Part shown: positions 11,194 through 22,858 of the stretch, piece after piece | Layout of the letters: each line of letters begins with the position of its first letter | Numbering within the stretch: the first letter of the stretch is position 1 | Assembly (NCBI GenBank): GCA_950097015.1 | Contig: CATNEN010000031.1 | Location: forward strand, 310,001 to 374,000 | Reading direction: 5' to 3' | Source: Macrostomum hystrix | Lineage: Eukaryota > Animalia > Platyhelminthes | DNA: 64,000 nt | The notes under the pieces: model-generated | The model's input: the letters and a program-made list of their open reading frames with translations, nothing else | The model's database searches: none | Told to the model about the DNA's origin: nothing | Position numbers and translations under genes: made by a program

Positions 11194-14107
11194 TCAGCGA
11201 TAACCGTGATAATCCAGGTAGCGATAATTATCAGCGGTCATTAGCGCGTTCGCCAGCGCCTGGGATTTTCGCGACCTCCGCAGGGCCAGCCGGGTGATGC
11301 GCGCCCGCTGCCGCTCGAGCTTCTCTTCCTGACGGCGCTGCTCCTCCTTCTTGCGCAGCCATCTGTGGGCCGCGGAATTTTCGGATTTGTGGTGCCGGGT
11401 CAACTTCTGTTCGGTGCATTGCTGTGCATGCGACTTTTGATATAAAGAAATAAGATACCTAGCACCTGTTCGAAATGAAGTAACAGGACACATAGCACCT
11501 GTTTGACATGAAGTAACAGGACACCTAGCACCTATTTGACATCAAGTAACAAGACGCCTAGCACCTGTTCGACATGAAGTAACAGGACACCTAGCACCTG
11601 TTCGACATGAAACAACAGGACACCTAGCACCTGTTTGACATCAAGTAACAGGACACCTAGCACCTGTTTGACATCAAGTAACAGGACACCTAGCACCTGT
11701 TTGACATCAAGTAACAGGACACCTAGCACCTGTTTGACATGAAGTAACAGGACACCTAGCACCTGTTCAACATGAAGTAACAAGACACCTAGCATCTGTG
11801 CAACATTAAGTAACAGGACATTTAGCATCTCTTTGAAATAAAACAGCGGGGCACTAAGTTCTTGCTAGATATGAAACAACGGCATTGTAAAGCTTCACAG
11901 GTAATGAGGCAAGCCCTTAATTAATTTTAGCCTCGCAACTCACTGCCTAAATGCTCGCCTGCAGTCCTCCTGCGAATGCTGGTCCGAGCCGGCGCCGCTC
12001 TTCCCGTCAGCCTCCTGTTCCTCGCCTCGCCGCCGCTGGTCCCGCTTTGACGCCAGCCACTGCTCGAAGCTGATGCGGTCCCGCTCCCCGTCCCGGCTGC
12101 GCCGCCGCTCCTCCTCGTCGCGCTCCGCCTGCTCCCGCTGGCGCCGCTGGTCCTCGGTCTTCTGCCGCTTCCGCGCCAGCCAAGACTGATAAGCCGCCTC
12201 GTTGTCCTCCGTTGACCGATCATCGGCCGACTTAGCCGAAGCCTGGCGCTGCTGACGCTGCCGCTCGGCCTCGGCGCGTTGCTGCTCGCGCTTCTTTCTT
12301 AGCCAGGCGTCGAATGCGGCGGAGTTCTCGCGCCGGCGCTCCTCGTCCTGCTCGTCCCGACGGCGCTGCTCCTCGGGCCGGGCGGCCTTGGCGCTGCCGG
12401 CCCGGTTGGGTTGACGGCCTCCGCCTTGCCGATGCACCGTTGTTGACGCCTTTCAATGGTGTGAAGTTTCAGGCTGGGTGTCAAATATTTTGTGCCAGGC
12501 CACGGATTCGAACCCAAGAACTTAAGTGCGAGAGCCGGGGGCGTCACCAGTGTGCCACATTGCACCCTCAGGCGTGGCGCATCAAAGGCTGCAGGATACA
12601 GGATACAGGCCTGGTCCCATATATCCCCCAGGGTACTATGGGAAGGACTGGGGTGAGATGTCTCGGTGTGTCTAGTCTAATGGATCGACCAGCTACTGAT
12701 AATAGTTGGTTCGGTTCGACCAACCGAATTGACCTCGGGCTCCATTTTAGAGCCTTAAGTAGACATCCCCTTTTTCTATTGGCTGACGTTCAAACTTCGT
12801 ACATGATTTCGAAGCTCTAAATCACTGTCACTCATCATGAGTGCATGAACTCCCAGCTCTCACCGACTTCGGTCGGCCGTGCCCATCGTCCCTGCTCCGG
12901 CTGCCGCTTTTTCCTCCGGCAGTCTCATTGTCGTCGTCTTCATCGTCGCTGACATTGAAAGCTTCGTCGGCTTCAACGTCGCTCTTGTCAACGTAGCGAA
13001 TGCGACCGTCGTTGACCACTACGACCTTCTTGGAGCGAGGCGACTCATCCTGCGACTTCTCGTTCGAAGTCGGGCCAGCCGCATCGCCAGCCGCCTCGGA
13101 ATCTGACTCGGCTGGCTCCGACGGTGGAGCCTCGTCCTCCGGCGTTGTGGGGGCCACCTGGTGGATGACAGCAAATGATTTCCCCCTTGCCTTTTCTATT
13201 CTTTCACAGTTTTCATGCTTAGCCCCGAAATCTGCTGAAACACCTGTTTGACATAGTATACAGGTAGTGAAAACACCTGTTGGACAGGAGAATCAGCAAC
13301 GGGTAGTGCGAACACCTGTTAGACAGGAGAATCAGCAACGGGTAGTGCGAACACCTGTTAGACAGGAGAATTAGCAACAGGTTGTGCAAAGACAAAAGAA
13401 TCACTTAAGCTGCACCACTATAGGTTGTGAGAACACCTGTTAAGAACAGTTCAAATGGTATTAGCTACAGGCAGTGAGAACACCTAGAACAGGGATATAA
13501 GCTAACAAGAGTGAGAACAACTTTTGAGAACAGGGATATAATTTTCAGAGAGTGAGTCCATTATCAGTTAACGATGAGAAGAATGCTATCTGTCCCAATC
13601 GCACCTGGACAAGGTTCTCGCTGAAGCGAATGCGCGGTTTTCGACCCTTGCCGCTGCCCTCACCATCACCGGTGCCCCTGCCGCCATTTTCGTCTGGCAG
13701 CGGCTCGCTTTCTAATCGGGCATTGAGCTGGTCCAGGCGGGCGCGAGTCTCCTCATAGTCTGGCGCCGGATCTTTGAGGGGTGAAGGCCATATTCAGTTT
13801 TTTCACAAACAGGAATTTCAATTGTTGCAACATGCATATTATCAAGCCAGAATTTCTATGTGTAAAATATACCATTTTTAAACTTACCCATTAAAAGCTG
13901 ATAAAACTCTGCATCCTTTTCTTCTGCAAAAGAAAAAAAGCAGAAATAAATTTGCCTAAAATAAAATAAAAAATAAGCCAATGCACATGTTTATTGGGAT
14001 TTAAGCCCACCATTCCAATCCTCTGGCTTAGTTTGCTGCAGTCGCTCTATCTCAGCTGATGTAGACTTTGAGTTGACTCCGCCATTGAGATCTTCTGAAT
14101 CTGACAT
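11194..14107 (-). CDS. CCDC181: Coiled-coil domain-containing protein 181-like, 6 exons, ~422 aa
   Basis: Exons 14107-14011, 13923-13888, 13771-13605, 13157-12864, 12449-11944 and 11362-11194 are phase-compatible (1269 nt). Motifs resemble CCDC181 as recalled: RKPRIRFSENLVQV, KKVVVVNDGRI, repeated AFxxWLxxK helices (RENSAAFDAWLRKKREQ; RAFRQWLRKK) and C-terminal YRYLDYHGYR. Confidence 0.75.
11457..11830. repeat. 33-bp minisatellite in CCDC181 last intron, ~11 copies
   Basis: Unit acacctagcacctgtttgacatgaagtaacagg. Confidence 0.92.
12495..12565 (-). mobile_element. tRNA-derived SINE head remnant in a CCDC181 intron
   Basis: Minus strand carries A-box-like TGGCACACTGG and B-box GGTTCGAATCC at tRNA-like spacing; no intact cloverleaf. 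Confidence 0.45.
13240..13400. repeat. 39-bp tandem repeat, ~4 copies, decaying rightwards, in a CCDC181 intron
   Basis: Unit acacctgttagacaggagaatcagcaacgggtagtgcga. Confidence 0.8.
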
Positions 14108-15084
14108 ACTAAGATGGCTGCTGGAAATGCATACAAAAAACTTACAGATTATTTTCTATGTAATCTACTTTTAATTGTGTCAATTTGCTAAATTAAAAGC
14201 TTTGAAACAAGTATGTTTAGCATAAATTCGAGGCATGTTGCTTAATGTTTTATTAGTAACATAATACCTAAATAACATGTGTATATTAAATATATTTATA
14301 TATAGTTAATATATATATATATATTATCTTGGCATTGCTTAAGTAAAATATATTCTAAAGACAAGTTACTTTGATTCTACTTTAAGAAAATGAAATCTAG
14401 TCATATTCAATAACCACATATATAATATCTTAAGCTTTATAAGCATTTTTTAATTGGCTAATATTTATAACCCTAACCAACTCTATTTAAAAAAGTGTGT
14501 GTTTGAAGATCAAGACTTGATAATAAATGTTTATATATCTAGGAAATCTACCATCTATATGCAGATTTTATATGCATGTTTAATATATTATATATTGTAA
14601 TATTTTCTTGTATAGGCCTAGATTAAATCATCCTAAAAACTAACAGTTCTCTGTATCATATTAACTGGTTCAATCATGTAATGAAATATGCTGTTTACTG
14701 TCTAGTGAGCCATTGTTTACAAGGCAATTCTATATGACAGCAAATACAAATAGAAGTTTGCAAATAACCTTAAAAATAAAAGTTCTGAATGGATGAGACC
14801 AAGACCATGTACTATATCTGTGGGTAACTTTTATAGTTTTTGGTGTAGGACCAAGATTGGCATAGCTGGGGAGGGGCCAGGGGAATGACTGATGGTCTAC
14901 TAGACTACTAGTTATAGCTTAGTGTGGGTAGATGCTGAGGTGTGACGTGTGACATTGGCCCGGGTTTTTGGACAAGTGGGGGTTTTATGACAGCCATGTA
15001 ATTCCATAGGCCTATAAAATTTGAATTTAAAACAAAATTTGTTTCTTAGCTTTTCAAATCCTTAATGTTATGCTACTTATACAT

Positions 15085-15393
15085 TATAATAATTAATTGA
15101 TTACACCTGCCCCAATCGGGCCAGATGTGCAGCCGACAGCACAGCCGCAGCTATTGCGCGGCGCATCTGAAGGCTACGTACAGCTGCTCAGTCCATGGAC
15201 TGGGGGCGGGGGGACGCCACACCCACCTTCAATTATCCCAGCTAATACTGGTACCCATTTAACAGCTGGGTGAGCTGAAGCAATGCAGAGTTAAGTGTCT
15301 TGCTAAAGGACACAATTTGTTTCAGTGGAGTCAGGAATCGAACCCCCGACCTTCAAGTCGTTAGTCCAACGCCCTAACCACTAGGCTACAACC
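15085..15393 (-). mobile_element. tRNA-headed SINE with a CORE-like central domain, ~300 bp
   Basis: Minus strand: A box TAGCCTAGTGG and B box GGTTCGATTCC, then tgtgtcctttagcaagacacttaactctgcattgcttcagctcacccagctgttaaatgggtacc resembling the CORE-SINE central domain as recalled, then a GC-rich 3' part and an AAT-rich tail. (CATA)n lies at 15396-15450. Confidence 0.7.
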
Positions 15394-16047
15394 TCTTATA
15401 CATACTTATACATACATACATACTTATACATACATACATACTTATACATAATTTAATTAATAGCCTGTGAGTTATACCCTTGCTTGTTCTCTGGAATGCT
15501 AGAGCACATACCCATACCCACGCCAATCATGGCCCATTGCTGAATTAGAAGTGAAGAAAGGTGGTGACCTCCCATCATCCTTGGAGCTAGGCAAAGCTGC
15601 GGCGGTCTTGCAAAAAATCTCTTAGCGACAGCTGCGATGGCGTAAACATGCTGCGCAAATTTTAGCACATTTTCGCAGAGTTTAAATTGGACAATCGTAA
15701 AAGTCACCTAGTTGCTATGGTTGCACAAAACCATCGTTAATAACGTCTTCACATGTCTTGATTTCAGTTTACCTTGATGCCGCGAGCCTCGTGAGTATGA
15801 GGTCAGTATATTTTATTAAAAGGTTGTTAAATTTTTTAAAGCACTCGGCCTTTCAACGATCTGCTTGCGCACTGCTTGTTTACTGAATTAATCGAAAGAA
15901 TCGTTTTAAAAAACGCAACCAATAAGCGCTCTTTTCAAAGAATATGGATTGCTTCGTTTTTTACATTCGTATAATTTTCTAGATTTAAAGAATTATGGAG
16001 TCATTTTATGAGTCAATCGCAAAAACTGCATGAAATTTTCTTATAGT

Positions 16048-16461
16048 CTACAGCAATCCCTTCCCACGAATAAGCCAATTCTTCACGTCCAGCTTGCTGA
16101 GATCCATCGGCTTAATATCAAGATCCTTGTTGCTTCCAATATCGGCTCGTCTGCTTCGGTTCGCTACTGCTAGTTCAGGTTGCGAGAGGTTCTCCTCCCA
16201 GAGCGCAATCTCCCACAGGATATGGCATATGTTAGGAAAACCGTGAAAATCGCGACGCCGAAAAATGCAGTCCTTGTTGATAAAAATATCAAAAGTGCTA
16301 AAGTCATCAGTCTCACGTCCGTGAATACTGACTTCCCAGAAGTTTTTCATCACGGCGCTGCGAATTGCGTAGAAAGCTATGATATTGGGCTGGATTCCAA
16401 AGAAGTGAATGTCAATATGAAGTCGTTCTTTCTTCAACGGATTTTTTGCTGTGTGTGTCAT
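16048..16461 (-). CDS. Hypothetical 137-aa orphan protein, single exon
   Basis: ATG-to-stop ORF of non-repetitive, globular-like composition inside AT-rich DNA; no recognisable domain. Confidence 0.3.
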   Translation of the reverse strand: MTHTAKNPLKKERLHIDIHFFGIQPNIIAFYAIRSAVMKNFWEVSIHGRETDDFSTFDIFINKDCIFRRRDFHGFPNICHILWEIALWEENLSQPELAVANRSRRADIGSNKDLDIKPMDLSKLDVKNWLIRGKGLL

Positions 16462-17126
16462 TGCTTTTTATTGCCTCTGAATGAATTTATGGGAGAGTTG
16501 TATAAAATGTTAGAGTCGAATAGCGCATGTGAAAAGAACTACTTTGGTGTAGCTTTGTAGCTTTGCAACTTTATTTTTTGCCACAGATATATTCAATGAG
16601 ACTGCGATATCTGTATCTCAGCGTACATGGTGCTATAGTACAAAGAAAACTATTTCACGTACATCATCTTGAGCTAATATAATTAATTGGCTTTACAATC
16701 AACCGAAGCCATTTAAATTAATTTCTTTATTTACTTGCAGCATTGATTACTTTTAAAGCTGTAGGCTTCAGCAGCCCAAATATATAATTACTTACATTTC
16801 TGTAGTGGGTCTTATAATGCATGAGAACTTTCTTTCGGATCAATAACCTACTGGAAAGATATTTCATTTTTTAATTGTTTTTTATACACACAGTGACAAA
16901 TCCGAAAATTGCACTAAAAGGACGGAGGGGACTATAGTAGGACTGAATGACTGATTCACTGAAGGAACAGAATGGAATTTCGGCTCAGTGAGCAATAATG
17001 CACTGAAGGTCCTGGGTATCAGGGCTCGAGATCACGGACAGAGTTGGAGCAGTTGACAGATTCTAACAAAGGATTCGAAATTCATTCGACACATGCGCAG
17101 GATTCGCTAAGGCAGTCACGTGACAG

Positions 17127-17702
17127 TCACATGATCCGGCACCGCCGGCCGCTCTTCCCAGTGCCCTTCCGGTTCACCAGCCCACGTCCCAGCCTTGCCG
17201 CCTCATCGAACACGGCGCAGACTCCGTCCTGGTTGAGGGCGGAGCATTCCAGGTAGCGCGACGCACCGATTTCCTTGGCCAGCGCCATGCCTTGCAGCCG
17301 GCTGATGACGCGGGTTGTGGCGCCGGAGCTGGCACTTTCGGTTCGCAGGTCCAGCTTCGTACCGACGAGCAGCAGCGGCGCCAGAGGGCAGTAGTGCCGC
17401 ACCTCCGGCACCCAGCGACTCCGCACATTGGCGTAACTGGCCTGCTCCACCAGCGAGAAGCAGACGATGATGACGTCGGTCATGGGGTAGACAACCGGCC
17501 GCAGACGGTCGTACTCACTCTGGCCGGCCGTGTCCCACAGGCTGAGCACACAGATTGCACCGTCCAGACTGACTATGGTTGAGTAGTTGTCGAAGACTGT
17601 GGGAATGTGATCCGCAGGGAAGGCATTGCTCACGTAGCAGATCATCAGGCTGGTTTTGCCAACCTCGCCATCGCCGACAACCACCGCCTTGACGGTGTCC
17701 AT
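17127..17702 (-). CDS. Rho-family small GTPase (Rac/Cdc42-like), intronless, 191 aa
   Basis: G1 GDGEVGKT, effector loop IPTVFDNY, G3 LWDTAGQ, G4 TKLD, G5 ECSAL, basic tail and CaaX box CRIM. Confidence 0.95.
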   Translation of the reverse strand: MDTVKAVVVGDGEVGKTSLMICYVSNAFPADHIPTVFDNYSTIVSLDGAICVLSLWDTAGQSEYDRLRPVVYPMTDVIIVCFSLVEQASYANVRSRWVPEVRHYCPLAPLLLVGTKLDLRTESASSGATTRVISRLQGMALAKEIGASRYLECSALNQDGVCAVFDEAARLGRGLVNRKGTGKSGRRCRIM

Positions 17703-18186
17703 CGGTGTCGTTGCTGCGACTTCTGAATCCGTCTTTCCTGGATGCTTGCAGTGTTATTTTATTTTATCTGGCAGTAAATGCGCCAGTTTGCTATTCTAAA
17801 TTTCTGTCTTCTGTGCGTGTCTGTCTTTTGCAGCTATTTAGTGTTTAAAAGTGAAACACTACCGGCCGCTCTAAGCCAATGCAATCTGCACAAAGAGCCC
17901 CTGACGCACCAATGATGTACTTGTTGCTGTCGCGTTGTGCACAGCGAGAAGTTCTACCAGCGCATGTGCCGGACTGCGACAAAAATTCACACGGCTGTGC
18001 GAGAGCTTGCCACAAGTCACTGCTAAATATGGCCAAAATTGTGAGGATGGCGAAACGCAAGTGCTGTTCAAGCGCTTTATAGTTGAAGCATTTTAGCCTG
18101 AATTCATAATGCGAACGGTCAGTTAATTCTGCGCAAAAATCTGCAAGACTTTGAGGTTGTAAAAATTGACGGCTTTCTAATGAAGA

Positions 18187-19866
18187 TGGATATTGGCCTG
18201 AAAGTAGATATTGGCCTGAAAGTAGATATTGGCCATGAAAGTAGATATTGGCCATGAAAGTAGATGTTGGCATTGGTAGATATTGGCCATGAAAGTAGAT
18301 ATTGGCCATGAAAGTAGATATTGGCCTGAAAGTAGATATTGGCCATGAAAGTAGATATTGGCCATGAAAGTAGATGTTGGCATTGGTAGATATTGGCCAT
18401 GAAAGTAGATATTGGCCATGAAAGTAGATATTTGCAATGGTAGATATTGGCCATGAAGGTAGATATTGGCAATGGTAGATATTGGCAATGGTAGATATTG
18501 GTCATGAAGGTAGATATTGGCAATGGTAGATACTGGCAATGGTAGATATTGGCAATGGTAGATATTGGCAATGGTAGATATTGGCAATGGTAGATATTGG
18601 CCATGGTAGATATTGGCCATGGTAGATATTGGCAATGGTAGATATTGGCAATGGTAGATATTGGCCATGGTAGATATTGGCAATGGTAGATATTGGCAAT
18701 GGTAGATACTGGCAATGGTAGATATTGGCCATGAAGGTAGATATTGGCCATGAAGGTAGATATTGGCAATGGTAGATATTGGCAATGGTAGATATTGGCA
18801 ATGGTAGATATTGGCAATGGTAGATATTGGCAATGGTAGATACTGGCAATGGTAGATATTGGCAATGGTAGATACTGGCAATGGTAGATATTGGCCATGA
18901 AGGTAGATATTGGCAATGGTAGATATTGGCAATGGTAGATATTGGCAATGGTAGATATTGGCAATGGTAGATATTGGCCATGGTAGATATTGGCAATGGT
19001 AGATATTGGCCATGGTAGATATTGGCCATGGTAGATATTGGCAATGGTAGATATTGGCCATGAAGGTAGATATTGGCCATGAAGGTAGATATTGGCAATG
19101 GTAGATATTGGCCATGAAGGTAGATATTGGCAATGGTAGATATTGGCAATGGTAGATATTGGCAATGGTAGATATTGGCCATGGTAGATATTGGCCATGG
19201 TAGATATTGGCAATGGTAGATATTGGCAATGGTAGATATTGGCAATGGTAGATATTGGCAATGGTAGATATTGGCCATGGTAGATATTGGCAATGGTAGA
19301 TATTGGCCATGGTAGATATTGGCCATGGTAGATATTGGCAATGGTAGATATTGGCCGTGGTAGATATTGGCAATGGTAGATATTGGCCATGAAGGTAGAT
19401 ATTGGCCATGAAGGTAGATATTGGCAATGGTAGATATTGGCAATGGTAGATATTGGCAATGGTAGATATTGGCAATGGTAGATATTGGCAATGGTAGATA
19501 TTGGCCATGGTAGATATTGGCCATGGTAGATATTGGCAATGGTAGATATTGGCAATGGTAGATATTGGCAATGGTAGATATTGGCAATGGTAGATATTGG
19601 CCATGGTAGATATTGGCCATGGTAGATATTGGCAATGGTAGATATTGGCAATGGTAGATATTGGCCATGGTAGATATTGGCAATGGTAGATATTGGCAAT
19701 GGTAGATATTGGCAATGGTAGATATTGGCAATGGTAGATATTGGCAATGGTAGATATTGGCAATGGTAGATATTGGCAATGGTAGATATTGGCCATGGTA
19801 GATATTGGCAATGGTAGATATTGGCAATGGTAGATATTGGCAATGGTAGATATTGGCCATGGTAGA
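18187..19866. repeat. 16-bp minisatellite with 19-bp variants, ~100 copies
   Basis: Units atattggcaatggtag and atattggccatgaaggtag; source of three 460-585 aa spurious ORFs. Confidence 0.95.
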
Positions 19867-20124
19867 TAGTGTCCAACCTGAAGAGAAGTCAATCAATGAT
19901 TAAGCTGACATGCTCACTTTATTTAGTTAAAGTTTCTGCTGCTTCCAATTAGCTCTAACATGAGCACAAAATACAAGCTGCTGTACTTGAGTGCTATATA
20001 ATTTTCAATACATACAGACATAAATATAGGAGACTATGCACAGAAGTGAGTTCCTATGCTTGCATTATTTTTTCATCACTATTCGCTGAGTTAGCAGTCG
20101 CTCTGTTTGAAGCCGAATGAACTC

Positions 20125-20984
20125 TCAGTGGCAGCCCTCGATGTGCATCTGCATGTGCTTCAGGTAGACTCGGGGCACAAAGCCCGGCTCCGTCAGCTTG
20201 CGCAGCTGATTAACCAGACACTTGGGACAGTACGGACTCACCGGAGGGCGTTCGCGCGGGCAGTCGTCGCTGTCGCACACGTGACGCTGCAGCTGCTGCT
20301 CCCTCATAGCCTGGCTAGTCTGGCGCTTCCACTTGGTCCTGCGGCGGCAGGGTGAGGGGCGAGGTAAGGATTCGGGCTAGGATTTCGTGAGGATTCGTGA
20401 CGCAGTGTCCTGAAGGATTTGAGGCTGGAGTGACGCAGTGTCCTGAAGGATTTGAGGCTGGAGTGACGCAGTGTCCTGAAGGAATTGAGGCTGGAGTGAC
20501 GCAGTGTCCTGAAGGATTTGAGGCTGGAATGAGGCAGTGTCCTGAAGGATTTGAGGCTGGAATGAGGCAGTGCCCTTCAGGATTTCAGGCCAAAGCTGAA
20601 TGCGCGAGCTCACCTGCGGTTTTGGTACCAGGTCTTCACCTGAGTCTCAGTCAGCTCAAGCTGCTCGGCGATGTCAGCGCGGTCCGCCACGCTCAGGTAT
20701 TTCTGGCAGTGAAATCTGCGCTCAAGAAACTGCAGCTGCGAGTGCGTGAAGGCCGTCCGCCTGCGCCTCTTGCCACCGCTGCCACTTCCGCCGCCGCTGG
20801 CCACATCAATATTGTCGTCCTCGTCTCCGTCTTCCTCGATGAAGTCATCACTGGCCTGGATCTCGTTGGTGTTGTCGTCCCGCTCCGTCTTGAGAAGGTT
20901 GCGCACGAGGAAGGACTGACCGCCCGAGCTACTGGGCACCCCAGGTTTGAGCTCGAGGTTCTTCAAAGTTGTCTGCTCGGCCAT
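20125..20984 (-). CDS. Bari: ANTP-class NK-like homeobox protein, Bari family (BarH-related), 2 exons, ~194 aa
   Basis: Exons 20984-20614 and 20338-20125 (585 nt), intron splits an Arg codon (AG|G). Homeodomain [58 protein letters not shown] has WYQNRR and [10 protein letters not shown]; N-terminal eh1-like SFLVRNLL. Confidence 0.8.
20398..20585. repeat. 33-bp repeat, ~6 copies, filling most of the homeobox intron
   Basis: Unit gcagtgtcctgaaggatttgaggctggagtgac. Confidence 0.88.
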
Positions 20985-21032
20985 TTTCACTAGAGGTTTA
21001 GATTTACGATCACCAACTGCTCAAATCCGCAG

Positions 21033-21040
21033 TATTTATA
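21033..21040 (-). promoter_or_regulatory. Candidate TATA box of the homeobox gene
   Basis: TATAAATA on the minus strand ~50 bp upstream of the ATG at 20984, with a CCAAT at 21052-21056. Confidence 0.45.
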
Positions 21041-21654
21041 AGACGCGCAAGCCAATTTTCTTCGTTTAATAATTTCTCTCCGCTGGCTAAAGAGCCGCAG
21101 GGGGCCGCATCTCGGCTGTAAACAAGATCACACGGCGCATCACTCGACTGGGACCGCCTTAACCCCTGGGGGCGCGTTGAAAGGAAAATGATTGAGGCCC
21201 GCCTAGCCGAAATTGCGACAATGAATGAATGAGCGCGTCACTATATAGCCTGGCTTTTCAGCTCCGTTTCCCCTATTTGCGAGAGCCCGGCCGGCGTTCC
21301 GGCCAAGAAATTGACGGTCAAGCAGATATAAAATGTCCAGCCAAGTGGAATTTTGAGACAAACGGTGGCGCCGGTGCTGCTGGCCTGTCAGCGGAGTCCC
21401 CATAAGTGGGGATCGGTTGCTCGTGCTCGTCGAGGCCTCATTTCTGATGCGAGGCGGCCGGCCGGACAAACTGATTTAGCAGAACGCTTTCGAACCGGTT
21501 TGGGCGCTGTACGGCCCCCAGCGACATTTGGGCCGCCCCATCCGCAGCGTTTGTTAGACCAATTTGTGCTGCATTAGCTGGGCCGCTTCAGTTGGCGAGT
21601 TTGCAAGTGATGCGGCACAAATTGTGCGCGAGTGGTATGTGTGAGCTGCGAGCT

Positions 21655-22635
21655 CTGAGTAGCTCAATGGGAACTTTGAGTAGCTCTATGGGAACTGTGA
21701 GTAGCTCAATGGGAACTGTGAGTAGCTCAATGGGAACTGTGAGTAGCTCAATGGGAACTTTGAGTAGCTCAATGGGAACTTTGAGTAGCTCAATGGGAAC
21801 TTTGAGTAGCTCAATGGGAACTTTGAGTAGCTCAATGGGAACTGTGAGTAGCTCAATGGGAACTTTGAGTAGCTCAATGGGAACTGTGAGTAGCTCAATG
21901 GGAACTTTGAGTAGCTCAATGGGAACTGTGAGTAGCTCAATGGGAACTTTGAGTAGCTCAATGGGAACTTTGAGTAGCTCAATGGGAACTGTGAGTAGCT
22001 CAATGGGAACTGTGAGTAGCTCAATGGGAACTGTGAGTAGCTCAATGGGAACTGTGAGTAGCTCAATGGGAACTGTGAGTAGCTCAATGGGAACTTTGAG
22101 TAGCTCAATGGGAACTTTGAGTAGCTCAATGGGAACTGTGAGTAGCTCTATGGGAACTGTGAGTAGCTCAATGGGAACTTTGAGTAGCTCAATGGGAACT
22201 GTGAGTAGCTCAATGGGAACTTTGAGTAGCTCAATGGGAACTGTGAGTAGCTCAATGGGAACTTTGAGTAGCTCAGTGAGAACTGTGATTAGCTCAGTAG
22301 GAACTGTGAGTAGCTCAGTAGGAACTGTGATTAGCTCAGTAGGAACTGTGATTAGCTCAGTAGGAACTGTGATTAGCTCATTAGGAACTGTGAGTAGCTC
22401 AGTAGGAACTGTGAGTAGCTCAATGGGAACTGTGAGTAGCTCAATGGGAACTTTGAGTAGCTCAGTGAGAACTGTGATTAGCTCAGTAGGAACTGTGAGT
22501 AGCTCAGTAGGAACTGTGATTAGCTCAGTAGGAACTGTGATTAGCTCATTAGGAACTGTGATTAGCTCAGTAGGAACTGTGAGTAGCTCAGTAGGAACTG
22601 TGAGTAGCTCAATGGGAACTGTGAGTAGCTCAGTA
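21655..22635. repeat. 21-bp minisatellite, ~47 copies
   Basis: Unit gagtagctcaatgggaactgt/ttt. Confidence 0.95.
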
Positions 22636-22858
22636 GTCAATAAGCTGCGTAGCACAGAATTGTAACATTGAATAGCTCAGTGGATTTAAGTACCATAGAA
22701 GGTCACGTCATTTGCTCGTTCTCCGACATATTGTATTTCATATTAGATCTTATTAGTGGCATGGAGACTCGAAACTCAGGGATTTAAAATGATATTGTGG
22801 AATATTATCTAGATTTTTACAGTTCGGAACTGCGGCACTGATGCTGCTGCTGTTGCTG

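Noticed and set aside
15330-15393. Possible tRNA gene
   Set aside because: Acceptor and anticodon stems do not pair, and it continues into a SINE body; treated as a SINE head.
17845-18309. 154-aa minus-strand ORF upstream of the Rho gene
   Set aside because: Its N-terminus is minisatellite read-through and the rest has no motif; more likely the Rho promoter region.
18119-19896. Three 464-585 aa His/Cys-containing ORFs resembling metal-binding repeats
   Set aside because: The 16-bp unit cycles through all frames, so the same peptide appears in each; a non-coding array.
21588-22665. 355/357-aa periodic ORFs (mucin- or ice-binding-like)
   Set aside because: A 21-bp unit open on both strands by chance, with no splice or domain context.
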